NCBI GenBank assembly: GCA_964399005.1
Contig: CAYNPB010000001.1
Span: forward strand, 4,776 to 68,775
Origin: an uncultured Sangeribacter sp.
Lineage (GTDB): Bacteria; Bacteroidota; Bacteroidia; Bacteroidales; Muribaculaceae
DNA length: 64,000 bases
Reading direction: 5' to 3'
Shown piece after piece: positions 19,972 to 30,315 of this stretch. The notes below the pieces were generated by a model, which had not been told where the DNA came from, did no database searches, and worked only from the letters and a program-made list of their open reading frames with translations. Numbering within the stretch: the first letter of the stretch is position 1; each line of letters opens with the position of its first letter. The position numbers and the translations under genes are program-made.

Positions 19972-22152
19972 TCAGATTTTTTTTCCGATTATGCGTTCGC
20001 CCATCACTTTGCCGAGCTGTCCTCTTTTCTCCATCAGAGCTTGAGTCTCCATGAGAATCTTCTGCTCCTCTTCAGGCGTGGAGCGTCCTATCATGCTATC
20101 GAGTTGCTTCATTTTGGCGCGAATCATCTGATTGAGCATCTCGTTTTTCCATTCAAGGACTCCACGGGGAACAAGAACTCTCATACGATCCACTTCCATT
20201 TTCCTTTCACTTACAGGATTATTGCGGATATATATGTTGCTGAGAGGTTGCTCATCATTTATAGCCTCATTTACCGTGCGACGCACGTCGTCGTCGTGGT
20301 GGCTTGATAGATTCTGCTCTACAAAATATCGCGCGAACTCAAATTTACGACGAGCCAATTCTTCATCGACTCTATCTTCAAGCAGACGCTCTGCACGTCT
20401 GATTTCTTCCATATTCAGATCCTTGGCAGCAATCTCATCATATCCTGCCTTTAGCATCTCCTTTCGTTCCTTTTCAAGCCCCTGCAGAAAACCGGCATTT
20501 TCCTTAATGAAATCTTCTTTCAAATCAAGAATCCGATTGAAGGTCTTTGCGAAAGCGGGAAAAGAAAACCAGATATTGTCAGCCTCAATCTCCTCTGCCA
20601 CAAACTCAGCGACATTGATCATATCATGACTGCCATCTTCAAACTCAACCTCGCAGAAATCAAGAATACCATATCTGACACAATGAAATATCACATTGCG
20701 CTCAAATGGATAATATGGATACATCTCCGCAATGTCTCGACTTTTGGAAGGGCGTGTCTGACGAGAAATGTCGGGCTGGGGATTACTCTCGCTTTCTTCC
20801 AGACGTTCTATTTCGTTTTCTTGACGCTGGCGGACTTGTCGCTGCACGACTTCGCCTCTTGACTTCTCAACAGCGCTTTCAATGACTTCTTCCTTTACTC
20901 CAAGGATACGGCTACATTCCTGAATATAGACATTGCGTTTCACCTTATCCGGAATATGAGCAAGAGACTGCACTACGCTCTCAATTGCCGCCACACGTTT
21001 CTGCGGGTCGTTGCCTACATCCTTTAGAAGAACTTGCGCTTTAAACCGTATAATGTCAGTGGCATGATTTTTTACATATTCACGGAATTTTTCCGGAGTG
21101 TTCTCCCGGGCGAAAGAATCAGGATCATGGCCATCAGGAAGCAAAAGCACCTTGACGTTCATTTTGTGGGCAAGGAGCATGTCGATACCACGCAGTGATG
21201 CTTTTATGCCGGCAGCATCACCGTCATAAATCAAGGTTATATTGTTGGTGAAGCGATGGATCATTGCAATCTGACCATCAGTGAGAGCTGTTCCGGAAGA
21301 TGCTACTACATTCTCCATACCGGATTGCCACATACCGATCACATCCATATATCCCTCGACGAGATAGCAATTGTCCTGCTTGGCAATTTCGCTTTTTGCC
21401 TGATAAATACCGTAAAGTTCGTTGCTTTTCTTATAGATTGATGATTCCGGGGAGTTTATATACTTGGCCATTGACCCTTTAAGGTCTCGTCCACCAAGAG
21501 CTACGACTTTACCTGATGGATTCAACACCGGGAAGATGACACGACCACGAAATCGGTCGTAGTAGGAACCCGGCATTTTTTGAGATTCACCAAGCACACC
21601 GACATCCGCAAGGCTTTTTAAGTCCATAGCATCCAGCTTAGCTGCGTCGGCCAATGAATGTCCGCTGTCAAGATTATATCCAAGGCGGAATTTCTTTATG
21701 GCCTCGTCTGTCACTCCTCTCTGATAAAGATATTGCAGGCCGACGGATCGCCCCTCTTCAGTAGATCGGAGATCCTTCTCCATCTTCTTGACCGCCCATT
21801 CATTGGCAAGAAGAAGAGATTCTCGCTCATTGAGTTGGCGACGCTCATCGTCGGTGAGTTCTTTTTCTTCAACCTTGATATTGTATTTAGCGGCAAGATG
21901 AAGCAAAGCATCATGATAGGAGAGACCCTCTTTTTCCATGATGAAATTGACAGGAGATCCCCCTTTTTTGCAAGAAAAGCAGTAGCAGAAATTTCTTACC
22001 GAATTGACAGAAAAAGATGGAGTCTTCTCATTATGGAACGGACACAGACCAACGTAATTTCTGCCTCGCTTTATAAGGTGCACGTAATCACTGACCACTT
22101 CCACAATATCAGCGGCATCAGTGATTTTTTGTACTGTGGCTTTATCTATCAT
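19972..22152 (-). CDS. dnaG: DNA primase
   Basis: CPFHNEKTPSF..CFSC zinc finger, KYINSPE, VEGYMDV, YDGDAAG, DPD; ATG at 22152 overlaps the dapA stop (ATGA). Confidence 0.95.
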   Translation of the reverse strand: MIDKATVQKITDAADIVEVVSDYVHLIKRGRNYVGLCPFHNEKTPSFSVNSVRNFCYCFSCKKGGSPVNFIMEKEGLSYHDALLHLAAKYNIKVEEKELTDDERRQLNERESLLLANEWAVKKMEKDLRSTEEGRSVGLQYLYQRGVTDEAIKKFRLGYNLDSGHSLADAAKLDAMDLKSLADVGVLGESQKMPGSYYDRFRGRVIFPVLNPSGKVVALGGRDLKGSMAKYINSPESSIYKKSNELYGIYQAKSEIAKQDNCYLVEGYMDVIGMWQSGMENVVASSGTALTDGQIAMIHRFTNNITLIYDGDAAGIKASLRGIDMLLAHKMNVKVLLLPDGHDPDSFARENTPEKFREYVKNHATDIIRFKAQVLLKDVGNDPQKRVAAIESVVQSLAHIPDKVKRNVYIQECSRILGVKEEVIESAVEKSRGEVVQRQVRQRQENEIERLEESESNPQPDISRQTRPSKSRDIAEMYPYYPFERNVIFHCVRYGILDFCEVEFEDGSHDMINVAEFVAEEIEADNIWFSFPAFAKTFNRILDLKEDFIKENAGFLQGLEKERKEMLKAGYDEIAAKDLNMEEIRRAERLLEDRVDEELARRKFEFARYFVEQNLSSHHDDDVRRTVNEAINDEQPLSNIYIRNNPVSERKMEVDRMRVLVPRGVLEWKNEMLNQMIRAKMKQLDSMIGRSTPEEEQKILMETQALMEKRGQLGKVMGERIIGKKI

Positions 22153-23033
22153 TTGAGAATATTCACCCAATAGAGTATTTGAGAAGCGGTGGCATCACTC
22201 ACGGGGACGAGAGGGAGTCGGAGCTCGTTTTCAATAAGTCCCATATCATGCATGACACATTTTACACCTGCAGGATTTCCATCAGCGAAAAGAAGGCGAG
22301 TGATGTCGCGGAATTTAAAATGATAGTCAACAGCCTCGATATAGTTGCCTTCCAGACAAAGGTGGACCATATCCGAGAATTCTTTAGGATAAGCGTTGCC
22401 GAGAACTGAAATGACTCCTTGTGCTCCAAGAGCCATTAGAGGATATGTTAACCCATCGTCGCCACTTAAGACTACGAAGGAGTCAGGTTTTTCGCGCAGG
22501 AGTCTCTGAATCTGGTGTATATCGCCGGAAGCCTCCTTCACGCCAATGATGCCGGGCACCTCATGAGCAAGCCTGAGTGTAGTGTCTGCTGTCATATTGA
22601 CACCAGTTCGTCCGGGAACATTGTATAGTATGACCGGAAGGGGAGAAGCTTCTGCAACCGCCTTGAAATGATAGAAAATACCATCTTGTGATGGTTTATT
22701 ATAAGGGGGTACAACCGACAGGATAGCCGAATAGCCTGATAAATCCTCTGTCTTTAATTGCTCGACAATTTCAGCAGTATTATTGCCGCCAATGCCGATG
22801 ACGAGAGGGATTCTACCTTCAGTCTGATCCCTAACAAAGTTTTTGATATCAGTTTTCTCTTTTGCAGAGAGAGCAGGAGTTTCACCGGTAGTACCAAGTA
22901 CAACAAGAAAGTCAGCACCATTGTCGGCGACATGGTCGATAACTCTTTTTAGGGCAGGAAAATCAATTTCTTTATTTTGAGTAAACGGAGTGACAAGAGC
23001 CACGCCCATTCCGAGAAAATTCAAGTGTGCCAT
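22149..23033 (-). CDS. dapA: 4-hydroxy-tetrahydrodipicolinate synthase
   Basis: ALVTPF, GTTGE, PPYNKP, LYNVPGRTG, GVKEASG, LRLPLV. Confidence 0.95.
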   Translation of the reverse strand: MAHLNFLGMGVALVTPFTQNKEIDFPALKRVIDHVADNGADFLVVLGTTGETPALSAKEKTDIKNFVRDQTEGRIPLVIGIGGNNTAEIVEQLKTEDLSGYSAILSVVPPYNKPSQDGIFYHFKAVAEASPLPVILYNVPGRTGVNMTADTTLRLAHEVPGIIGVKEASGDIHQIQRLLREKPDSFVVLSGDDGLTYPLMALGAQGVISVLGNAYPKEFSDMVHLCLEGNYIEAVDYHFKFRDITRLLFADGNPAGVKCVMHDMGLIENELRLPLVPVSDATASQILYWVNILK

Positions 23034-23131
23034 ATGGAACTTTGTTAATTGTTGCTGTATTGAGCTACAAAATTAAGCAATTTTTTTTATTCTACAAAAT
23101 TTTTGACAAGCATGAGGGGAAAAGGGGAAAC

Positions 23132-23158
23132 AAAAAACCTCCGATAAGTATCGGAGGA
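23132..23158 (-). terminator. Terminator of tRNA-Gln transcript
   Basis: CCTCCGAT/ATCGGAGG stem with T6 on the minus strand. Confidence 0.75.
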
Positions 23159-23165
23159 ATAAAAG

Positions 23166-23236
23166 TTGCCTTGGAAAGACTCGAACTCTCACAAACGGAA
23201 CCAGAATCCGGTGTGCTACCATTACACCACAAGGCA
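23166..23236 (-). tRNA. tRNA-Gln(CTG)
   Basis: Minus strand TGCCTTG-TG-GTGTAATGGTAGCAC-A-CCGGA-TTCTGGT-TCCGT-TTGT-GAGAG-TTCGAGT-CTTTC-CAAGGCA-A; 71-nt cloverleaf. Confidence 0.95.
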
Positions 23237-23246
23237 TTGTATTTTC

Positions 23247-23328
23247 AGATTTGTGGAAAGACTCGAACTCTCTCGAATCTATAATGGCGGAACCAGAATC
23301 CGGTGTGCTACCATTACACCACAAGGCA
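23247..23328 (-). pseudogene. Aberrant duplicate of tRNA-Gln(CTG) with expanded variable region and broken acceptor stem
   Basis: 5' strand, D arm, anticodon loop and T arm match the adjacent tRNA. The variable region is 10 nt longer and the 3' acceptor strand is CACAAAT instead of CAAGGCA. Confidence 0.75.
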
Positions 23329-23358
23329 TTGTCAGGGATGTTTCCCTTTTTGACGATG

Positions 23359-23390
23359 CAAAATTAATGCTTTTTTTTCAACTGACCAAA
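23359..23390 (-). promoter_or_regulatory. Primary-sigma promoter for the tRNA-Gln locus
   Basis: Minus strand TTTG (23390-23387)-N20-TAATTTTG (23366-23359). Confidence 0.75.
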
Positions 23391-23414
23391 TATTTTCACA
23401 AAAAAATGCATTTT

Positions 23415-24086
23415 TTAGTGGTCATATCCAAGCAACAATTTAAAATTATTGGCAATGATATCCTTCACTTTATTAATATCCACTTCTTTATGAAGTTCGG
23501 CAGCCATAGAAGTTACACCTTTGTCGATAAACCCACAAGGATTGATCATCCGAAAGCCATCAAGATTTGTATTGACGTTGAGAGCGAGTCCGTGCATCGT
23601 CACATACCGGCTGCATTTTACTCCAAGAGCACAAATTTTACGCTCCCGATCTGTGCCCGCATCAATCCAGACACCACTTGCGCCCTCAACTCGTTGACCC
23701 TTAATACCAAAATCTGCCAAAGTCAAGATTACGGCCTCCTCAATCATCTCCACATAACTTCTTACTCCCAGATGATGAGCTTCCAAATCAAGAATGGGGT
23801 AAACCACGAGTTGCCCAGGTCCATGATATGTGACATCTCCACCTCTTTCTATTTTATGAAGCTCAATTCCTCTACTCAATAAATCTTCTTCTGCGAGAAG
23901 TACATTGGCAATTTTAGCATGTTTGCCGAGTGTGATCACAGGCAAATGCTCCAACATGAAGATATATTCCGTATCAATCGGAAGTCCTTTCTTTTTTGAG
24001 TCTACCATACGGGAAAAACATTCTCTTTGCTTAGCCAGCATCTCCCCATACTTGATCACTCCTTCGTCTATTATCTTTAATCTCAT
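23415..24086 (-). CDS. lipB: Lipoyl(octanoyl) transferase
   Basis: EHLPVITLG, RGGDVTYHGPGQLVVYPI, RKICALG, TMHGLALN, INPCG. Confidence 0.95.
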   Translation of the reverse strand: MRLKIIDEGVIKYGEMLAKQRECFSRMVDSKKKGLPIDTEYIFMLEHLPVITLGKHAKIANVLLAEEDLLSRGIELHKIERGGDVTYHGPGQLVVYPILDLEAHHLGVRSYVEMIEEAVILTLADFGIKGQRVEGASGVWIDAGTDRERKICALGVKCSRYVTMHGLALNVNTNLDGFRMINPCGFIDKGVTSMAAELHKEVDINKVKDIIANNFKLLLGYDH

Positions 24087-24089
24087 GGT

Positions 24090-26498
24090 CTAAAATTTAA
24101 AGTGAAGGGCCACTCTTAGTCCCGACTTGTCAATCCCCGGACGGTCAAGATAACTGAGTCGCCATACATAATCAACCCTAAGAATTTTGAAAATATTATC
24201 TATTCCTGCACTTATCTCCATATAGGGGGTGCTTCCCATGATTTGGGAATCTGCATCTTGGGGAAACATGAAAAGATTCTTATGAATATTCGGATTGTTT
24301 TTATCGCTCAATGTACCCCATAGACATTTGAAATCCACAACTTCTCGAAGACCTGCCGACTTTATTATCGGTATGCGATTGAACAACACCCCATTTCCCC
24401 AATAAGTGAGGTCGCATGAAGCATATCTATCCATAGCATACTCCATAGGATTCATTAGAGAGTATGATTCAGGCTGTATGGTATAGCTCAGGTTGGCATT
24501 GGGCCATAATAGCTCAGTAAATGGAACTTGACTCCAGATGATGCCACCTTTAAGCAACGCGTCCAAGTAACCGAATGAAGAAAACCAAAAGCGGTTCCAT
24601 GCGGAGAGTTCCGTTTTGCAAACACTGTAGTGGCATCCTTTAATCCCTTTCGGACCCCATTCTTGTGAAAACAGAAAGACCGGGGCTTCCCGATTGACAG
24701 ACATTCGACTTTCCTGCCCTTGGATAAACTTCTCACCCGGTGCAAACCTAACAGAGACACCAATAGAAGTGCGTCGATAATGAGGAACGTGAACACCGGT
24801 TCCGGTGATGAAGGGTAGCCACGGTGAATCATTTTGCTTAATATGTTCACCCCAAAATGAAAAAGACAAATCTCTTGGCAATTCAATTCCATATTCGAGT
24901 CTGGAAAGTTGACGATAGGTGACAAGCATATCTTTCTTGCGTTTCAGGCTGAGGAAGACGTTGTCTGGATTTGTGAAATGATAATGTTGGCCTATCATAT
25001 CGAGATCATACATATGAGTGGCGCGAATGCTATTGACGGGATATTCACGGCTATGATATTTCTTCTTATTGAAAGAATATTCGAGCTCACCTTTATATTT
25101 CCATTTCCGATCATGAGTGCCATAGGCTATATATCCTCGTGCAAACCAATGTGGAGATAAATTTGCAGTTGTCATTCCACCTACACGAATCCTGACTTTC
25201 TCAATAGGATTCGCACTTATAAAGGTATTGATAGGGCCAAAATCGAATTTACTCTTTTTCCCGGTCTTGATATATCCATTGACAAGAACCACAAGTATTT
25301 TCTCACCCCAATAGAAAAAAGGATATTTGCGCATCTTCGCCATGAAAGTATCCATATTATTCTCTGCATCCGACAGCGACCCTTCTCTCATCTCCTCGAG
25401 CAAACCCACGCTTTTTCCATCTGGAGATCCAATCTCTACGTATGGGCCAACTGCATCATAGGCATCCAGCAGATCGGCACGTAGCAAGTCAGAAAAATTA
25501 TCAAATATAGTATTGCGACCTACTGTGAAACGTTGAGTGCCCTTAACCAAACATATATCAAGATTTAACCGATCCGAAAGCTTATGACGACGACCTGTGC
25601 TATCCTTTTCATACAGTTGCTCTACATAAAGATTATCGATGAAGTTGAGATTGACAGTTCTTGGAACTTTCATGAATACTTTTTTTATGAATCCGGTGGT
25701 ATCGCCGACTTCTACAAAGAGATTGCCTGAGAAAGCATAATCCGAAGCGTTTTTAGGCATGAAAGTGAGCTGGACACACCGAATGCCATCTACATCAAGC
25801 GTATCTGTGATGAAATATTTATAATGCAAGTTTCCATTGACCGAAAGCGGACTTGGGAATCTATTGTTAAGGATTGTGATATCATTGTCATAGATATTAA
25901 TTTCCCGAAGCAAATCATTAAGGACTACTTCAATATTTCCCGTATCGAACATTTCGCTTACGCCTTGCGAAGAGCGTCCTCTTCCAACGATTTTTTTGTC
26001 TTTTCCTCGATCTGAATAAAGAGTAGTGGAGGCTTGTTCGTTGAGAAGCACCTTAATCATTTGGCGTTGTCCATAAGCTGTAGTGTCAATATAGTCTTTT
26101 AACTCAGGGTGCTTCTTTAGGTCGGATTCGTCGAAGTCAAGCAATCCAAGAGTAATTTTGTCATATTGATCATAGCTATAATTATCCTGCAATCGAGGAT
26201 CTCCTTTCTTGTGATTCTTTCTGATAGAAGTCACAAGCGCTACGGCTGGATTATCTTTTGAGGAGTATTTCTCTTTCCCCGGCCTCACAAGCAGTTCCTG
26301 GAGTTCCCTTGCCTCACGAAGAAACACAGCAGTGTCGACTTTTACCTGCTGTCCTTGTCCGTAAGTGCATATAGCTATAGCCATTATCGAAATGATGAGG
26401 CTTACCCACATCGATGATTTGAGCAGCAACGAGATGACTTTTGAATGAGATATGTTGTGGATATAGATTGAATTCATTAATTTTGCACAATGAAACAT
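24090..26498 (-). CDS. DUF5686-family outer membrane beta-barrel protein (start uncertain)
   Basis: KYSSKDNPAV, NIYDNDI, PYMEISAGIDNIFKILRVDYVWRL, C-terminal F. Confidence 0.75.
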   Translation of the reverse strand: MFHCAKLMNSIYIHNISHSKVISLLLKSSMWVSLIISIMAIAICTYGQGQQVKVDTAVFLREARELQELLVRPGKEKYSSKDNPAVALVTSIRKNHKKGDPRLQDNYSYDQYDKITLGLLDFDESDLKKHPELKDYIDTTAYGQRQMIKVLLNEQASTTLYSDRGKDKKIVGRGRSSQGVSEMFDTGNIEVVLNDLLREINIYDNDITILNNRFPSPLSVNGNLHYKYFITDTLDVDGIRCVQLTFMPKNASDYAFSGNLFVEVGDTTGFIKKVFMKVPRTVNLNFIDNLYVEQLYEKDSTGRRHKLSDRLNLDICLVKGTQRFTVGRNTIFDNFSDLLRADLLDAYDAVGPYVEIGSPDGKSVGLLEEMREGSLSDAENNMDTFMAKMRKYPFFYWGEKILVVLVNGYIKTGKKSKFDFGPINTFISANPIEKVRIRVGGMTTANLSPHWFARGYIAYGTHDRKWKYKGELEYSFNKKKYHSREYPVNSIRATHMYDLDMIGQHYHFTNPDNVFLSLKRKKDMLVTYRQLSRLEYGIELPRDLSFSFWGEHIKQNDSPWLPFITGTGVHVPHYRRTSIGVSVRFAPGEKFIQGQESRMSVNREAPVFLFSQEWGPKGIKGCHYSVCKTELSAWNRFWFSSFGYLDALLKGGIIWSQVPFTELLWPNANLSYTIQPESYSLMNPMEYAMDRYASCDLTYWGNGVLFNRIPIIKSAGLREVVDFKCLWGTLSDKNNPNIHKNLFMFPQDADSQIMGSTPYMEISAGIDNIFKILRVDYVWRLSYLDRPGIDKSGLRVALHFKF

Positions 26499-26546
26499 TG
26501 ATGAAGTTTCAGGCTACAAAATTAATAAAAAATATCCGTTTTTGTC

Positions 26547-26987
26547 ATGGCATTGGAGATAGAGTATAAATATTTAGTCAAAAACGACTCTTTTAGAGGT
26601 CTTTCAAGAGAATCATTACGTATCTCGCAAGGATATTTGAGCAAAGATCCTGAAAGGACCGTGAGAGTGCGCATAAAGGGAGACAGAGGATTTCTTACAA
26701 TCAAAGGGAAAAACACCGGAGCAATAAGGAAGGAATTTGAATATGAGATTCCGATAGAGGATGCTGAGCAGCTTTTGAACATGTGCATCCCTCCAATACT
26801 GGAGAAAATAAGGCACATTGTGCCTTATGAAGGCCACACATGGGAGGTAGATGAATTTTTTGGAAGCCATGCAGGGTTGGTGACAGCTGAAATCGAACTA
26901 TCAACCCCTGACGAAGAATATGCAATTCCTTCATTCGTAGGAGAGAATGTCACCGGCAATCCCGCCTATTATAATTCTAATCTTTAG
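26547..26987 (+). CDS. CYTH domain (triphosphate tunnel metalloenzyme) protein
   Basis: EIEYKYL, QGYL, RVRI, EFEYEIP, WEVDEF, AEIEL, YYNSNL. Confidence 0.9.
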   Translation: MALEIEYKYLVKNDSFRGLSRESLRISQGYLSKDPERTVRVRIKGDRGFLTIKGKNTGAIRKEFEYEIPIEDAEQLLNMCIPPILEKIRHIVPYEGHTWEVDEFFGSHAGLVTAEIELSTPDEEYAIPSFVGENVTGNPAYYNSNL

Positions 26988-26991
26988 CTGA

Positions 26992-27327
26992 TCATCTTCG
27001 CTTGGTGAGCGACATCAGCATCACTTCAAGTTCACTTCTAAGGCTCTGCAATTCGCTTATTACTTTAAGTTTCTTTGAAATGTTATTGCGATTTTGACGG
27101 AACTGCATCTTGGCTGCTTCCATCTTAAGACCTTTCGTCTTCAGAAGGTAGTGAATGATACGAAGAGTTTCTATATCGGATGGAGTATATTGCCGGAGGC
27201 CTGAAGGCGTCCTTGAAGGTGAAATCTCAGGAAATTCCGTCTCCCAATATCTCAGAGTAGCCTGAGGGACATTGAGAAAGTCGGCTACATCCCTGATTTT
27301 ATAGTATTTCTTATTAAACTCATCCAT
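26992..27327 (-). CDS. MerR-family transcriptional regulator
   Basis: YYKIRDVA...TLRYWETEF...RQYT MerR HTH. Confidence 0.85.
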   Translation of the reverse strand: MDEFNKKYYKIRDVADFLNVPQATLRYWETEFPEISPSRTPSGLRQYTPSDIETLRIIHYLLKTKGLKMEAAKMQFRQNRNNISKKLKVISELQSLRSELEVMLMSLTKRR

Positions 27328-27340
27328 CCCTTCAAATTAT

Positions 27341-28306
27341 TTAGTCCATGACGTGACCTGAATTTTCAGCAAGCTGAATCATATCTATATACTGCTGCGG
27401 AGTGAGGTCCATAAAATAGTAGTGCACAGGATTCTGAGGTTCGCCCTTAAACCGCACTTCATAATGCAAATGGCTACCTGTAGACTTGCCGGTAGAGCCA
27501 ACTTTTCCAATCATTTCCCCCCTCTTGACATGCTGTCCGGGTTTGACAAGAATCTGACTCAAATGTGCATATCTTGTGACGTAATTATAGCCATGATTAA
27601 GATCTATACAATTGCCATATGCATCCTTACGTTCAGCCACTTCCACAACCGCGTCAGCAGTAGCAAAAACGGGAGTACCGGTAGCGGCAGCAAAATCAAG
27701 CCCCTCGTGGAATTTTGCAGTTCCATAGATAGGGTCGCGGCGATAGCCATAACCGGAAGACATCGTATAGTCTTTAATATTGATAGGCATAACTGAAGGA
27801 ATGCGAGCAATCTTTTCCTTTTGCTCTCCTGCAGCCTCTCGCAATTGGTCGAAAGATACAGATTGGGAATAAATCTGGTGTTCAAGAAGATCCATAGACC
27901 GATTCATCCTGCTCACGAGTTCAGCATCGTTAAGGTGACCTAAATTTTCAAGGCGCGTTTCACTCTCAAGACCTGACAATCTTTCTTTGCTGCTTAGAGG
28001 ATCCATCTGCATCATCACGCGATAGAAATTATCATCTCTGTTTCGGATATCCTCCATCACCTTGATTGAATTGTCGAGGCGCTTTTCAAGAATTGCGTAT
28101 TGAGATTTCAGTTTGCTATTCTCTGACTTAAGGTTTTGTTCGGTCGGAGTGTCAAAAATGAAATATAAAGCTACATATACTCCTATTCCGATCACCGTGC
28201 CTACTGCAAGATACCTGCCGATTGATGCAAGCCGAGTCCTTAAGGTAGGGTAGTGGCGTTCGAAATTGTCAGTGTCGGGATTATAGCGATAGAAAACCTG
28301 TTTCAC
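27341..28306 (-). CDS. M23 family metallopeptidase
   Basis: HEGLDF, YAHL, GSTGKSTGSHLHYEV; N-terminal TM and coiled coil; GTG start. Confidence 0.92.
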   Translation of the reverse strand: MKQVFYRYNPDTDNFERHYPTLRTRLASIGRYLAVGTVIGIGVYVALYFIFDTPTEQNLKSENSKLKSQYAILEKRLDNSIKVMEDIRNRDDNFYRVMMQMDPLSSKERLSGLESETRLENLGHLNDAELVSRMNRSMDLLEHQIYSQSVSFDQLREAAGEQKEKIARIPSVMPINIKDYTMSSGYGYRRDPIYGTAKFHEGLDFAAATGTPVFATADAVVEVAERKDAYGNCIDLNHGYNYVTRYAHLSQILVKPGQHVKRGEMIGKVGSTGKSTGSHLHYEVRFKGEPQNPVHYYFMDLTPQQYIDMIQLAENSGHVMD

Positions 28307-28341
28307 AATTAGACCGAAAGAGCTTTATGCTAATAAGATGC

Positions 28342-29244
28342 TTAAAGCAGCTTAATGCTGATATAGCGTTTTGGATTCTTCTTGATGTCGAGAATCAGTG
28401 AATCGATGTCAGCAGAGACACGGTTTAGCTTATTGTAGAGTTCCGGATCGCTTGTGAGCAGACCCAATGTAGAATTCTTATCGTTGAGTTGACGTGAGAA
28501 CTGTGAAAGATTTGCAGTCAGCTCATTGACATTGTTAACGGTAGCATTAATTGGAAGAGATTTCAATTGGTAAGATAGCACACCGAGATTGCCGACAATA
28601 GTGTCGAGCGACTGAGAGATCTTGACTGTATTATTAGCCAGACGTGGCACCTGATTATTCATAGTGGAATTAAGCCCCTTAGTAGTGGCAAGGAGATTGT
28701 CGGTGATGCCGTCGAGTCTGCCTATAGAAGCTGAGAGAGCAGGATCAGCAACCAGGAGGTTGAGATTATAAAGAAGCGAATCAACTTTGGGAAGAATACC
28801 GGTTATGGCAGGCATAAGCCCATCTTGAACGGATGTCATAAGCCCTTCCTTCACTCCGGTAGACAGTTCACTTCCGGAAGGTAAAAGCTCCGGTCCTTTA
28901 CCCATAGCAAGTTCGATTCTGGCGCCGCTCAGAAGAGTAGTACCTATATCAGCTCTTGTGCCAACAGGGAGCTTGAGGTTTTTGTCAAGTGCAAGGACGA
29001 CCTCAACCTTACCAGGCTTGGTGTAATTGAAGTTCACCTCCCTTACTTGACCTACTTTATATCCGTTGATAAGTACCGGAGAAGAGACAGTGAGTTCATC
29101 GACATTATCGTAATAAGCCAGATAATAATGAGCAGGCCTGAAAAGATTGATACCTTTTAGATAGTCGATACCGAAAATGAGTATGACTATAGCGACGATT
29201 ACTGAGAGACCTATTACAAATTCCCTGTTGAATATCTTTTTCAT
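28342..29244 (-). CDS. MlaD/MCE family protein
   Basis: N-terminal TM, SPVLINGYKVGQV MCE motif, C-terminal DIKKNPKRY. Confidence 0.88.
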   Translation of the reverse strand: MKKIFNREFVIGLSVIVAIVILIFGIDYLKGINLFRPAHYYLAYYDNVDELTVSSPVLINGYKVGQVREVNFNYTKPGKVEVVLALDKNLKLPVGTRADIGTTLLSGARIELAMGKGPELLPSGSELSTGVKEGLMTSVQDGLMPAITGILPKVDSLLYNLNLLVADPALSASIGRLDGITDNLLATTKGLNSTMNNQVPRLANNTVKISQSLDTIVGNLGVLSYQLKSLPINATVNNVNELTANLSQFSRQLNDKNSTLGLLTSDPELYNKLNRVSADIDSLILDIKKNPKRYISIKLL

Positions 29245-29313
29245 ATTATATAATCTTTGTGGTTATTCCAAGAGCTGGCACGACTGCCTCTCCATATCTA
29301 TAACAATTAAATT

Positions 29314-30123
29314 TTATTTTCTTCTTTCAACAAATTTTTTTATTGGAGTCAAGAGTGAAGCTGCGAGCTTATTTTCACCTTTTTCCGAAGTCATAAATTT
29401 CACGGATTCAGGATTGCAGATGAAGTCGAGCTCCACGAGCACAGCAGGCATTGAAGTGGCCCAAAGAACCCAGAATCCGGCCTGACGCACACCTCGGTTG
29501 GCTCTGCCGGCTGAATCCACCAATGCATTCTGAGCATCGCTGGCCACACGAATGCTTTCTCCGAGGTTTCTTTTCTGAGCCATTTCAAAAATAATGTAGC
29601 TTTCATCTTTTGAAGGATCGAATCCGGAGTATTTTTCCTTATAATCGCTTTCCATCTCGATTACGGCGTTTTCCCTCATCGCAACCTTCATATTGTCTTG
29701 ATCACGATGAAGACCGAGCACATAGACCGAGCTTCCTTGCACCGACTGCCTGCCACGTGATTTCTTATCAATTGAATTGACATGAATCGACATGAAAAGA
29801 TCTCCTCCTTCATGATTTGCCACATCGGCACGTTGCTGAAGTGTGAGATATACATCTGAAGAGCGGGTCATCACTACTTTCACTTCATCTTTCAGTTCTT
29901 TCTCAATCAACTCCTGCAACTTCTTAGCGACAGCAAGATTTATATCTTTTTCCCTCGCGCCATTTTCACATGCGCCAAAATCCTTGCCGCCATGTCCGGG
30001 GTCGAGAACTATAGTAATCTTATCTTTATCCTTATCTTTGGCGGCAGCCTGAAAAAGAGGACTTGCCAGTAGAAATATCAGGAGTATAGCGAACGAAACT
30101 AATCGTCTTGTCATCATAACCAT
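29314..30123 (-). CDS. N-acetylmuramoyl-L-alanine amidase (Amidase_3)
   Basis: LDPGHGGKD, EKDINL, SIHVN, MPAVLVELDF. Confidence 0.92.
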   Translation of the reverse strand: MVMMTRRLVSFAILLIFLLASPLFQAAAKDKDKDKITIVLDPGHGGKDFGACENGAREKDINLAVAKKLQELIEKELKDEVKVVMTRSSDVYLTLQQRADVANHEGGDLFMSIHVNSIDKKSRGRQSVQGSSVYVLGLHRDQDNMKVAMRENAVIEMESDYKEKYSGFDPSKDESYIIFEMAQKRNLGESIRVASDAQNALVDSAGRANRGVRQAGFWVLWATSMPAVLVELDFICNPESVKFMTSEKGENKLAASLLTPIKKFVERRK

Positions 30124-30315
30124 ATTTTTAACGCAAAATTAATAAAAAATCTGTTACAATATGTGACGCTTTTGTTAAAAAATCGGTAAAATATGCCTTT
30201 TCGACCAAGTATTCCGCAATTACGTTAAAGTATGTGAACGTGTCAAACCTTTATGGAAGAGGAGACGTTTTATAGACAAAACAAGAAAATCTTTTTTACA
30301 TAGACGATAGAAATA

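Noticed and set aside
23166-23328. tRNA duplication as attL/attR of an integrated element
   Set aside because: The copies are only about 10 bp apart, with no cargo or integrase between them.
23027-23882. ORFs 23027-23284, 23073-23324 and 23166-23882
   Set aside because: They overlap the tRNA sequences or lie antisense to lipB; spurious.
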